From Hemiscyllium ocellatum (lineage: Eukaryota): DNA of 64,000 bases. Position 1 is the stretch's first letter. Every line of letters starts with the position of its first letter. The position numbers and the translations under genes were made by a program. The notes beneath the pieces are model-generated. The model saw only the letters and a program-made list of their open reading frames with translations. It had not been told where the DNA came from and made no database searches. The stretch covers positions 24,324,048-24,388,047 of the forward strand of contig NC_083409.1 in the NCBI RefSeq assembly GCF_020745735.1, read 5' to 3'. Positions 11,031-23,720 of the stretch are shown here, piece by piece.

Positions 11031-13420
11031 AGAAAGTGAGGACTGCAGATGCTGGAGATCAGAGCTGAAAAATGTGTTGCTGGAAAAGCGCAGCAGGTCA
11101 GGCAACATCCAAGGAGCAGGAGAATCGACGTTTCGGGCATAAGCCCTTCTTCAGGAAGGAGGAAGGTGTGCCAAGCAGGCTAAGATAAAAGGTAGGGAGG
11201 AAGGACTTGATGGAGAGGCGTTGGGAATGCGATAGGTGGAAGGAGTTAAGGTGAGGGTGATAGACCGGAGTGGGGGTGGGGGCGGAGAGGTCAGGAAGAA
11301 GATTGCAGATCAAGAAGGCGATGCTGAGTCCGAGGGTTGGGACTGAGACAAGGTGGGGGAAGGGGAAATGAGGAAGCTGGAGAAATCTGCATTCATCCCT
11401 TGTGGTTGGAGGGTTCCTAGGCGGAAGATGAGGTGCTCTTCCTCCAGGCGTCGTGTTGCCATGGTCTGGCGATGGAGGAGGCCAAGGACATGCATGTCCT
11501 TGGTGGAGTGGGAGGGGGAGTTAACGTGTTTAGCCACGGGGCGGTTGGGTTGGTTGGTGTGGGTGTCCCAGAGGTGTTCTCTGAAATGTTCCACAAGTAG
11601 GCGGCCTGTCTCCCCAATATAGAGGAGGCCACATCGGGTGCAGCGGATACAGTAAATGATGTGTGTGGAGGTGCAGGTGAATTTGTGACAGATATGGAAG
11701 GATCCCTTGGGGCCTTGGAGGGAAGTGAGGGGGAAGGTGTGGGCGCAAGTTTTGCATTTCTTGCGGTTACAGGGGAAGGTGCCGGGAGTAGGGAGGTTGG
11801 GTTGGTGGGGGGTCTGGACCTGACGAGGGAGTCACGGAGGGAGTGGCCTGTCTGGATCGCTGATAGGGGAGGGGAGGAAAATATATCCCTGGTGGTGGGG
11901 TCTGTTTGGAGGTGGCGGAATTGACGAAAGATGATACGATACATCTGGAGGTTGGTGGGGTGGTAGGGGAGGACCAATGGTGCTCTGTCCTGGTGGCGAT
12001 TGGAGGGGCAGGGTTCAAGGACAGAGGAGTGGCAAATGGAGGGGATGCGGTAGAGGGCATCGTCGACCACATCTGAGGGGAAATTGCGGTCTTTGAAGAA
12101 GGAGGCCATCTGGGTTGTTCTGTATTGGAACTGGTCCTCCTGGGAGCAGATGCTGCAGAGGCGAATGAATTAGGAATATGGGATGGCGTTTTTACAGGGG
12201 GCAGGGTGGGAGGAGGTGTAATCAAGGTAGCTGTGGGAGTCGGTCGGTTTGTAGTAAATGTCCGTGTTGAGTCGGTCGCCCGAGATAGAAATGGAGAGGT
12301 CTAGGAAGGGGAGGGAGGAGTCTGAGACCGTCCAGTTAAATTTGAGGTCGGGGTGGAAGGTGTTATTAAAATGGATGAACTGTTCAACCTCCTCGTGGGA
12401 GCACGAGGTAGCACCAATACAATCATTGATGTAGCAGAGGAAAAGGTGGGGGTTGGTGCCAGTGTAGCTGTGGAAGATGGACTGTTCCACATATCCGAGG
12501 AAGAGGCAGGCATAGCTAGGGCCCATGCGGGTGCCCATGGCTACTCCTTTGATTTGGAGGAAGTGGGAGGATTGGAAAGAGAAGTTGTTCACAGTGAGGA
12601 CCAGTTCAGTCAGTCAAAGGAGGGTATCAATGGAAGAGTACTGGTTGGGTCAGCAGGAAAGGAAGAAGCGAAGGGCTTTGAGGCCTTCGTGATGGGGGAT
12701 GGAGGTGTATAAGGACTGGATGCCCATGGTGCAGATAAGACGTTGGGGACTGGGGAAGCGAAAATCATGGAGGAGGTGGAGGGCATGGGTGGTGTCCTAA
12801 ACGTAGCGGGGGAGTTCTTGGACTAAGGGGGACAGGACCGTGTCAAGTTATGCAGAGATGAGTTCAGTGAGGCAGGAGCAGGCTGAGACAATGGGTCGGC
12901 CAGGGCAGTCAGGTTTGTGGATTTTGGGCAGGAGGTAGAAACGGGCGGTGCGGGGTTTTGGGACTATGAGGTTGAAGGCGGTGGATGGGAGATCCTCTAA
13001 GGTGATGAGGTTATGGATGGTCTGGGCGATGATGGTTTGGTGGTGGGAGGTGGGGTTATGGTCAAGGGGGCAGTAGGAGGAGGTGTCCGTGAGCTGGCGT
13101 TTAGCCTCAGCGGTGTAAAGGTCGGTGCGCCAAACTACTACCTCGCCTCCCTTGTCTGCCGGTTTGATAGTGAGGTTGAGGTTGGAGTGGAGGGAGTGGA
13201 GGGCTACACATTGCGAGGGTGAAGAGGTTGGAGTGGGTAAGAGGGGTGGACAGGTTGAGTCGGTTAATATCGCGGCAGCAGTTGGCTATAAAGAGATCGA
13301 GGGCGGGTAAGATGCCAGCGCGGGGTGTCCAGGTGGATGGGGTGTGTTGGAGGCGGGAGAAGGGGTCGTCAGAGGGTGGGCGAGAATCCTAGTTGAAGAA
13401 GTAGGCGCAGAGGCTAAGGC
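11031..13420 (-). mobile_element. Penelope-like retroelement, 5'-truncated, RT + GIY-YIG, frameshifted
   Basis: QIKGVAMGTRMGPSYACLFLGYVEQ and LCYINDCIG RT motifs (12170-12592). FREHLWDTHTNQPNRPVAKHVN...RRLEEEHLIFRLGTLQPQGMN endonuclease C-terminus (11310-11594). Hammerhead core at 11123-11157. Confidence 0.92.
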
Positions 13421-13469
13421 AGCAGAAGAATTGTTCGATGTCTCGCCGCATGTCTCTCTGCCTGATGCC

Positions 13470-13523
13470 ATTTACATACTGAGGAACACCCAGTCAGATT
13501 CTCACAGGCTGCAGTTTTATAAA
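13470..13523 (+). promoter_or_regulatory. Ig V promoter: octamer variant and TATA-like box
   Basis: ATTTACAT (13470-13477, one mismatch to ATTTGCAT) and TTTTATAAA (13515-13523), ~110 and ~65 nt upstream of the leader ATG. Confidence 0.7.
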
Positions 13524-13583
13524 GCAGAGCCCAGTGAAGGGAGAGTTTATCAGGAACCAGGCACAGGGACAGGAGCACACACC

Positions 13584-13632
13584 ATGATTTCACACATCCA
13601 GCTGATCTGGCCCCTGGCATTCTGTGTCACAG
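13584..13632 (+). pseudogene. IGKV: Ig kappa-type light-chain leader exon (MISHIQLIWPLAFCVT+G)
   Basis: ATG in ACCATG context, 49 nt, phase-1 donor CAG|GTAC. Splices in frame to the V exon, giving leader ...CVTGISG|DISMTQSP. Confidence 0.92.
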
Positions 13633-13818
13633 GTACAAATCTCTCTCCTTCCACCTTGAATCTTTAGCTGCTCTCCATTTCACTCCAATTCCACTGACTT
13701 GTGATTGAAGGGAAAATGCTGAAACCAGAGGAATGCTCAGTGTCTCCAACAATCTCTCATTTGACCGGCTCTTTCTGTGACAGTTCTGACTTCACTGTGT
13801 TTCTCTCTGACCCCTCAG

Positions 13819-14147
13819 GTATCAGTGGGGACATCAGCATGACCCAGTCTCCCCCGGTGCTGTCAGTGGGACTGGGCCAGACTGCAACCATCACCTGTAC
13901 GGCCAGTCAATCTGTGAGCAACTATGTTAGCTGGTACCAGCAGCGGGAAGGTCAGAAACCCTCTCTCCTGATCTATTATGCAACAACTCGATTCACAGGA
14001 GTCTCCGATCGATTCACTGGCAGTGGATCAGGGACCAGTTTCACCCTGACAATCAGCAACGTTCAGAATGAGGATGTCGCTGACTATTACTGTATGCAGT
14101 ATAGCAGCAGCCTTTTACGTTTGGTAAAGGAACCAAGCTCAGACTGA
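13819..14147 (+). pseudogene. IGKV: Germline-joined V-J exon of a kappa-type (NS4/type III) light chain, J out of frame by -1
   Basis: Acceptor CCCCTCAG|[25 protein letters not shown]...[15 protein letters not shown]...DVADYYC. TTT GGT AAA GGA ACC AAG CTC AGA CTG (FGKGTKLRL) begins at 14120 in a shifted frame. Donor A|GTAAGT at 14148. No heptamer/nonamer between V and J. Confidence 0.95.
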
Positions 14148-14589
14148 GTAAGTAAACCTCAATCCTCTGTTATTAACCTTGTCAAACTGAAACTACTTTC
14201 TAAAACACAAATGCTGAATTGTTGAAGGTGTTAGTGGGGAGCTGCAGTGAATGAAATAGTTGATTGAGGAGCACTGTGTCTAACAGAGTGTACACCTGTA
14301 TTTCTTTAGTTCCATTGCCCCGTTAAAAAAGCAAGACATATGTCAGTAAGTTTTACTCACTGTGTGGAGGAGCTCTGTCCATTTACAGCCTGTGGTCCCA
14401 TTCCTGCAGCATGGAGTGAAATCAGTGAGTAGCCTCCTGCCAGTCTCAGTGTGACGGACACGGGCAGAGTTTGATGTGAGCTCTGGCTCCCTGTCCCAGT
14501 CTCTGATCTCACTGACCTCAGCAGCAGCAGCAGCAGCAGCAGCACAGTGAGACACCGAGCTCCCACCTCCCCCAGTTTTAACTCTGCTC

Positions 14590-17500
14590 AATCACACAAT
14601 CACAGAATTGTTACAATGCACAAGGAGGCCATTCCATCCATCCTGTCTGGACTAGCTCTCCGAATGAGCAATTCACAAGTGTCATTCTCCTGCCTTCTCC
14701 CTGTCACCCTGCATATTGTTCCTTTTCCAATAACAGTCTCATTCCTTTCGGAATGTTTTAATTGAAGCTGCCTCCACCACACTCTCAGGCAGTGCATTCC
14801 ACACCTTAACCACTCACTGGCTGAACATGTTGTTCCCCATCTCACTTTTGTTACTTTTCCCAATTACTTGCAATCTGCAGTCTCTTGGTCTGAATCCTTT
14901 CTCAATTGGGAACATTTTCTCCCTATTTACTGTATCCAGGCCCTTCCTGATTTTGAATTCCTCGAACAAATCTCCTCTCAGCCTTCTCCAAAGAAGACAG
15001 TCCCAAATTCTCCAATCAATCTTCATAACTGATGTTCCTCATCCCTGGAATGATCTTTGGGAATATGTTTTGCTATCTCTCCAAAGCATTCACCTCCTTC
15101 TTGAATTATTCACATTATCCTCATGATTTTCCAAACCTCTACAAGGTCACTCCTCAGAACCTTCCGCTTCAGGGTAAGAAGTCTCTGCTTTTCCAGCCAC
15201 TCATAGTCATGGAGTCTACAGCGTAGAAACAGACCTTTTAGTCCAACTTGTCCATGGTAACCAGATATCCTAAATGACCTCATCCCATTTACCAGTATTT
15301 GCCTTACATCCCTCAAATCCCTTCCTATCCGTGTAACCAACCCAATGTGTTTTAAATGCTGTAATTGTATCTGCCTCCAACACTTTCTCTGGCAACTCGA
15401 TCCATACACATACCACCCTCTGTGTGACAAGTTACCCCTCAGGTCCCTTTTGAATCTTTTGCCTCTCACCTTAAACTTATGCTATTTTGTTTTGGACTCC
15501 CTTTCTCAAGGAAAAGACCTTGGATGTGCACCCTGTCCATGCCCCTCATGATTTTATAAACATCTATAAGGTCACCCCGAGGCCTTAGATGCTGCAGGGA
15601 AAATAGTCCCGACAGCTCAAACCCTTCAATTCTTGACCACATCCTTCTAAATGTTTTCCGCTGATTTTTAAGTTTAACAGCATCCTGATGATAAGAATTG
15701 TTCACATCATTCCCAAAGTGGCCTCACCAACCTCCTGTACAGCTGCAACATGATACCCCGATTCTTATACTCAAAGCCCTGTCTACCTGCAACTCTACTT
15801 TCACAGAATAATGCACCTGTACCTGCCCCTGCCCCTGCCCCTGCACCCTGAGGTCTCTTTGTTCAGCAACACTCCACTGGGCCCTCCCATTAACTGTAAA
15901 AGTCCTGCCCTGGTTTGCCTTTCCAAAATGCAACGTCTCACATTTATCTAAACTGAACTCCATTTGCCACATCTCTGCCCATTGCCCCATCTGATCAAGG
16001 TCCCACTGTAACCTGAGATCATCTTCTTCACTCTCCATTGCCCCACCAATTTTGGTGTCATTTACAAACTCGCCATAATTCCTATATTCACATCCAAATC
16101 ATTTAGTTAAATGATGAAAAGCAGTAGATCCAGCACTATTCCTTGTGGCACACAGCTATTCACAGATCTCCAGTCTGAAAAGCAACCCTTAACCCTGCTG
16201 TCTGTCTCATATCTTCAAGCCAATTTTTTATCCACATGGCTAGCCCCCCCCCTCGGATCCCATGTGGTCTAACCTTCCTCACCAGTCTATCATGTGGAAT
16301 CTTGTCAAACACTTTACTGAAGTCCATATTGACAATGCCTACTGTTCTGCCTTCATCAATCTTCTTTGTCACCTCCTCAATCAAATTAGGGAGACACAAT
16401 TTCCCATGCACAAAACCACATTGATTATCTAAATGGTAAATCCTGTCCCTCAGAATCCACTCCAACATCTTACCCAGCACTGACATCAGGCTCACTGGTC
16501 TATAGTTCCCTGGATTTTCCATACAGCCTTTCTGAAATAATGGCATAACATTAGCCAAACTTTCCAGTTCTCCAACACCTCACCCATGGCTGTTGATGAT
16601 AAACGTATCTCAGCAAGGGGCCCAGCAATCTCTTCCTTAATTTTCCACAATGTACTGGGATACATCTGATCAGGTCAAAGGGATTTATCTACCTTTATAT
16701 GTTTTAAGACCTTTAGCACCTCCTCATTTGTATTGTGAATTATTTTCAAAGCATCACTGTTCTTCCAAGTTCCTTAGCTTTCATGTCCTTCTCCATAATA
16801 AATACTGACCTGAAATATTTGTTTCAGATCACACCCATCTCCTGTACTTTACCAAAATACAGCACTCACATTTATCTGAATTAAACTCCATCTGCCATTC
16901 CTCAGCCCACTGGCCCAGTTGGTCAAGATTCCATTGTATTCTTCATTGGCCATGATGCCACCTGAAAATTCACCTGAACACAGTCTTGCAATTCTGACCC
17001 ATCTCTGCTACTACCCCAGTCTGTGATCAGAAATTAAAGACCCCCTCCCCTCCCATTTATAATGACTCTATCGTATTTGCAGGTCTCTGTAAATTCCTTG
17101 CATTTGTATTCCTCCACATCCTTCCCACTGGGAGGTGACTTATTGACTGCACTGAGGATTCTGGTGTTCCTCTCTGACAGTCCCTCCTGGCTCCCACAGC
17201 CCAGCCAAGTTAGTTTAAACCCTCTCCAATAGCACCCATATGTCACCTCAAAGGAACTCAGTCCCAGCTCTGTCAACCCCATCTGGTCTGTCCAGGTCCC
17301 AGTCCTAAAGTCCCAAGAATCTAAAGGTCTCCCTACTGGACCCTCTTTCCAGCTCCATATTCACCTGTGTTATCCTCCTGTTCCTTTTCTCACTAGCATG
17401 GGGTACTGGGTGTAATTTGAAGATTCCTACTTTTGAGTTCCTGCTGCTAATTCCCTACAGAGCTCCCTAAATTCTGACTGCGGGACCACATCCCTTTTCT

Positions 17501-20500
17501 CCCTCTGTCACTGGGACCAATGTGGATCACGACTGCTGCCTGTTCCCCCTCTCCCCTCAGGGTGCTCTGAAGCTACTCAGTGACCCTGGCACAGGGAGAC
17601 AACACACCATCCTGGATTCCCATCTGTAGCTACAGAAACTCCTATCGATTGCCCTCGCTCTCGAATCTCCCCTCACTATCACTCTTCCAGTCTTCCTTGT
17701 GCCCCCCCCTGTACAGCTGAGCCCCCTGTGGTGCCAGGGACTTGGCTCTGGCTGCCGTCCCCAGATGAACCATCGTTCTCATTAGGATTCTGAACTGAAT
17801 CCTGGTTGAAGAGTGGGATGCACTCAAGGGACTCCTGTACTAGCTGCCTGGTCCTTTTGGACTGTCTGCTGCTCCCCCATTCCCTCTCTCCCTGCATACT
17901 CTGAAGCTGCAGAGTGACCACATCTAGAAACGTGCTCTCCACGGAGCTCTCAGCCTCACGGACGCTCCACACTGACACCAGCTGCTGCTCAAGCTCCGAA
18001 ACCCGGAACTCCAACTGCTGTCACTGACCACACTTCCTGCACTCATGGTATTCCAGGAACTGGGAAGAATTCTGAAGTTCCCACATGGATGCACACTCTC
18101 TTCACTCTTTAGTTACCTCTTGGCAAAGTTCTGATGACAAACAGCTCCAGCAGGGCTCACAGTCCAGTGGGTTCAGTGTTCCAGGGTTTTGGGGAAACTC
18201 TCCAGAAGACTTTAAGAAATAGGAGCAGAAATCAGCCATTCAGCCCATTGAATCTGCTCTGCCATTTGATCTTGGCAGATATGCTTCTCACCCCCATTCT
18301 CCTGCCTACTCCACAGGAATATTTGATCCCCTTAACTATCATGAACCTATCTATCTCTGTCTTAAATACACTCAGTGCCTTGGCCTCCCTGCCCTCTGTA
18401 ACAATGAGTTCCACAGATTCACCAACCTCTGGCTGAAGAAATCCCTCCTCATCTCAGCTCGAAAGGGTTGGCCCTTCATTCTGAGGGTGTGCCTTGGTTA
18501 CCGAGTCTCTCCTGTTTTTGGAAACATCTTTTCACATCCACTCTATCCAGGTTGATCAGTATTCTGTAAATTTCAATAAGATCCCTCCTCATCCTCTAAA
18601 CTCCATTCAGTACAGCCCCAGAGTCCTCAACCGCACCTCATATGACAAGCCCTTCATCCCCAGGATCATTCTTGTAAACTCCTCCAATGCCAGCACATTG
18701 TTTCTTAGAATATGGGTCCCAAATCTGCTCACAATATTCCAAATGCAGTCTGACCAGAGCATTACATAGTTTCAGCAGTACACCTCTGCTCTTGTATTCT
18801 GGCCCTATTGAAATGAATGCTATCATTTCATTTGCCTTCCCAAGCACAAACTGGACCTGCCTGTTAACCTGAAGAGAAACCTGAATGTGGTTTGTGCTTT
18901 AGATTTCCAAAGGCTTTCCTTCTTTAGAAAACAGTCTTTGCATCTCTTCTTCCTCCCAAAGTGCACACCCTCACACTGTAACACATTTTATTCTATCTGC
19001 CACTTCTTTGCCCCCTCTCTGAGCCTGTCCAGGAGCTTTTACAGCCTTCCCACTTCCTCAACACTACCTGTCCCTCCACCTACCTCATGTCACCTGCAAA
19101 CTTAGCAACAATGTCTTCACTTCCTTCATCCAGATTGTTAATGTATAACGTGAATAGTTATGGTCCCAACATTGACACCTGCAGAACTCTACTCATCACC
19201 AGCGGCCATTGTTCCTCTCTCTCTGCTTTATGCCAACCTGTCCGTCCCCAGTCCATGCCAGTACCTCACCCCTAACACTATGGGCTCTTACCTCATGTCA
19301 AAAGTCTTCTGGAAATCCAAATAGATTAATTCCTCAGATTCTCCTTTGCCTGACTGGCTCATTGCCTCCTCAAAGAATTCTAACAGATTTGCCAGGCAGG
19401 ACCTCCCTTTGATGAAGCCGTGTTGACTCAGCCCTATTTTACCATTGCATTTCCAAGTCCTCTGCAATTTCACCCTTAAATTAAAGTCTGAAACCTTTCC
19501 AACAACTGAGCCCAGGTTAACTAGCCGATAATTTCCCATCTTCTATCTCCATCCTCTCTTAAACAGGGGTGTTATGTGAGCCATTGTCCAGTGCCTTGCC
19601 TCCATCACCCCACCTCCACACCCCGACTCCATTGATTCCTCACCAATCATCACCAATGTCTCCACAATCTCCTCAGTGATCTCCTTCAGAACACACGGGT
19701 ATAGTTCATCCATTCTGGGTGATTTATTCATATTCAGACCTTCTAACTTCCCCAGTACCCCCTCCTTAGTGATGGCCACTACACTCCCCTCTGCCCCTGA
19801 CAGTCTTGAATTACTGGTACACTGCTGGTGTTTTCCATGGTGCAGACTGATGCAAAGTATCTATTCAATTCCTCTGCTATTCCTTCATTTCCTATTATTC
19901 TTTCTCCAGCTTCATTTCCCAGTGATCCAATGTCTATTTTGCCTCCCTCTTCCTTTTTATATATCTGATAAAATTCTTGCAATTTTCTTTTATATTACTG
20001 GGCAGCTTAACCTCCAATTTCATCTTCCCCACTCTTAATGCTTTCTTAGTTATCATCTCCAGGTTTTTAAAAACTTCCTAATCCTCTAGCTTCCCACTAT
20101 TCTCCACTGCATTGGATGCTTTTTCTTTTGCTTTTATGCTGTCCTTGACCTCCCCCATCAGCCATGGTTGCCTTGTCCTCCCCTTAGTATTTTTCTTCTT
20201 TTTTGGGATGAATTCCTACTCTACTCCCAGAAATCCGCTGTTTGCTGTCCCACCATCTTACCTGCTCGGCTCTCCTTCCAATCAACTCTGGCCAGCTCCT
20301 TCCTCATGTCTTTGCAGTTACCTTTACCCAGTTGAAATGCTGTTCCATCTGATTACAGCTTCTCCCGCTCAAACTACAGGGGGAATTCTATCATATTATG
20401 GTCCCTTATCCAGAGAGATATTTTCACCTTAAACTCACTAATCAAGTTTGCCTCATTCCACATCACTGAATCCAGACCTGCCTGTTCCATAATGGCTCAA

Positions 20501-22270
20501 CCACAAGCTGCTTCAAAAACTATCGCGTAGCCATTCCATGAAATCCTTTCCTTGAGACGCACTACCCAGTCCACCTATCCAGTGAAGTCTGCCCTGACAT
20601 TTTCTGTCTCTGATTGATTTCCTTCCCCACACCCTGGTTACTGCTTGGAGACCTGAACATAACTTGCATCAGATTCTTTATTTCTTGTGGTTCCTCAACT
20701 CTACCCACACAGATTCTACACCTTCTGACTCTATATTACTTCTTCCTATTGTTTAATTTCATTTCTTACTAACAAGGCAACTCTTGCCCCTCTGTCCATC
20801 TGCCTGTCCTTTTGATAGGACATGGATCCTTGGATATTTAGGTCCCAGCCCGGATCCCCTTACAGCCATGTCTCTGTGATACCCACAACATTGTACCTGC
20901 CAGTTTCAATCTGCCCTACCAGCTCATTGTGTATACTGTGTGCGTTAAAGTACAACACCCTCAGTCCTACATTGACTACCCTCCTTCTCATCATTGTCCC
21001 CTTATCTGCTGTGCTTGACATTTGACTCCTGATCCTTTCCACACTCTCTGTCCTTTTACGTCTTCTAGAAACTTAAATAATCTCCCCTGAGCCCTCCTCC
21101 ACTTTAAATAGTTTAAATTCCTTGGAAACTCAATTTACCTGGATTTGTGGCATCACTTTGTCTCCCTTACTCGGAATTATTTGTGCATTTAAATGCAAAG
21201 TCTTTCAGTTTGATCTATTATTGATGTTCCCTGCACTCTTATGGTTCCTTTAATATTCAAAACTTCCGTCCCATCCTTTTATTTTCTGGTAACAATCAAT
21301 CCCATCCGTAACCGGCAATCCTACCTTCTCCTTTACCTTCCATTTTCTCATTTTCCATCCAACTGAACCAAATTCCTTTCTCTTTGGGTTGAGTTCAGGA
21401 CAATATTTATCTGTGAACCAACAGCATGAAGAATACTCTTTGACCTCATTGCTTCTAGTGGGATCTTGCTGTGCAGAAATTGGATGCCCCATTCTTGACA
21501 TTGCAACAGTGACTGGTTTTCAAACAAATTATAAATGTCTTTGGGAGAGCCTGAGGTGTTAGGGGCTGGATTGAAATACAATTACATTTATGGAGATGTA
21601 CAACACGGAAACTGACCCTTCAGTCCAAGTCATCCATCCTGACCAGATACCCTAAATTAATCTAGTCCCATTTACCAGCATGAGGCCCATGTCGCTCTCA
21701 ACCCTTCCTATACGTATACCCATCCAGATGGCTTTTTAAATATTGTAATCATACCAGCCCCCACCACTTCCTCTGGCAGCTCATTCCAAAAATGTACCAT
21801 CCTCTGCATGGAAACATTACACCTTAGGTCCCTTTTAAATCTTTCCCTGTCACCTTCAACCTATGCCCTCTAGTTCTGGACTCACCCACTCTGAAGAAAA
21901 GATCTTCTCTATTCACCGTATCTATGCCCCTCATGATTTTATAAATCACTGTGTGGTCACCCCTCAGCCTCCAACAATCCAGGGAAAATAGTCTCAGCCT
22001 ATTCAGCCTCTCCTGATAGCTCAAACCCTCCAACCTTGGCAACACCCGTATAAATCTTTTCTGGATCATTTTAAGATTCACAACAATTTCTCCACAGCAG
22101 AGAGACCAGAATTGCACATGGTATTCCAAAAGTGCCCTAGCCAATGTCCTGTACAGCTGCAATAGCTCCCAACTCCAATACTCAATGCAATGACCAATAA
22201 AGGAAAGCATACCAAATGCCTTCTTCACCCCCCCCCCCCCCCCCCCCCCCACCCCCCCAACTACCTGCAG
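14590..22270 (-). mobile_element. Cluster of nested CR1-type LINE fragments filling the J-C intron (mostly antisense to the Ig gene), including an ORF1 remnant at ~17680-18010
   Basis: RT motifs in ORFs 15724-16038, 16160-16558, 19288-19539, 19543-19779 and 21824-22276. ELEQQL...FLDVVTLQL ORF1-like segment. Confidence 0.85.
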
Positions 22271-23380
22271 CTCCACTTTCAGGGAACCATTCTTTTTTTT
22301 GGATGAACTGGGTGTCTTTCAGTTGTGAAAGCTGCCATTCCATGGCACTGTTGGATGAAGAGCAGGCAGTTCCCCCTGGTGTCCCTGGTCAATATTTATT
22401 CACCAATAAAAATCACTAAAAATCTATTTCTCTGCTAATGATCATATTGTGTTTGCGATTTCACTGTGCACAGTCTGCTGGAAAGAGCCATTGGGACATC
22501 CTGAGTTCCAGGTGCTACACAAATGCAGATCTTTCTTTAAGGTTGGAGTCTCCTGATCCTGAACCTCACCCATTGTCGGCGCACTCTCACCTTGCAGGGG
22601 TCATGGGATCATTAGGAGCAGTGACCCTGTCTGACCCCAGGACACTGAGACTCTTTGCAGCCTCACCCTTGACTTCAGCCCAATAGTGTGCAGCAAGGTT
22701 TGAAATGTATTCTAGAACCTTCTACGCAGACACCCAATGTGAGTCCTTCCTGAAATGTTTGGATCCAAGTCTGCTCCAATGTCCTCAGATAAAGTTATGC
22801 TGATCTGTGGGCAATCGGAGGTTTGTTAAAGAGGGATCGAGCTCCATCCCACTTTCCAGCTCTTGCTCCATAGCTCTCGAGGTTTTGATGTTTCAAGTGA
22901 ACATCCAAGTGTTTTTTCAATGTGATGAAGATTTCTGCCTCTCCCACTCTTTCAGACAGTGAGTCCCAGATCCCATCAGCCTCTGGGTGAAAACGATTAC
23001 TCCTCAATTCCCCTCGAACCCTGTCCCCAATTCATTTCAATCTCTCCCCATGGTTATTGCCTTCCCTGCTGATGGAAATCAGTCCTTCCTACCAATTCTA
23101 TCTCGGCCCTCATCATTTTACATGCCTTGATCAAATCTCCCCTCAGCCTTCTCTGTTCCAAAGAAAACAGTCCCAGCCAAACCAATCATTCCTCAAAACT
23201 AAAACTCCCCATTCCTGACAAAATCCATTTCTGTCCCCATCTCTAGTGGGATAGCATCCTTCCTGTAATGTGGTGACCAGAACCGTACGCAGTTCTCTCA
23301 CTGTGCTCTAATTGGGGTTTTATAGAGTTCCAGAATAAACAAACTCCTTGCTTTCACAGTCAACCAAAAATGAGATAAGG

Positions 23381-23720
23381 GAGGTGATGGCCTAATGGTG
23401 TTATTGCTGAGCTGTTAATCCAGAGATCCAGATAATGTTCTGGGGACCCTGGTTAGAATCCTGCTACAGCAGATGGTGGAGTTTGAATTCAATAAAAAAA
23501 GTTTGAATTAAGAGTCTAATGATGACCATGAAACCATTGTTGATTGTCAGGAAAAAGCCATCTGATTCCCTTATGTCCTTTAGGGAAGGAAACTGCCATC
23601 CTTACCACGTGACCCCAGACCCACAGCAATGTGGGTGACTCGAAAATGCCCTCTGGGTGATTAGGGATGGGCAATAAATGCTGCCGATCCAGCAATGCCC
23701 TCATTCCATCAAGGGAAAAA
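23381..23720 (+). mobile_element. Second SINE family (probably SacSINE1/DeuSINE-like); other copies at ~38026-38270, ~47260-47730, ~51170-51545(-), ~57150-57290(-)
   Basis: GGGAGGTGATGGCCTAATGG head and shared core GGAAACTGCCATCCTTACC...CAATAAATGCTG in all copies. Family name is from memory. Confidence 0.55.

Noticed and set aside
13701-13818. N-terminal extension of the V ORF (MIEGKMLK...)
   Set aside because: Intron read-through from a TTG/GTG start; the true leader is the spliced exon at 13584-13632.
14358-14549. CACAGTG/CACTGTG heptamers at 14358-14364 and 14543-14549 as leftover RSS
   Set aside because: No ACAAAAACC-like nonamer at 12- or 23-bp spacing for either.
16951-16980. GCCACCTG (kappa-E2-like) plus a second CACCTG in the J-C intron as an intronic enhancer
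   Set aside because: The motifs lie at the junction of two CR1-derived fragments and are explained by decayed LINE sequence. There is no independent support.
22228-22258. 23-nt poly-C run
   Set aside because: Homopolymer expansion inside a CR1 fragment; length is unreliable in assemblies.
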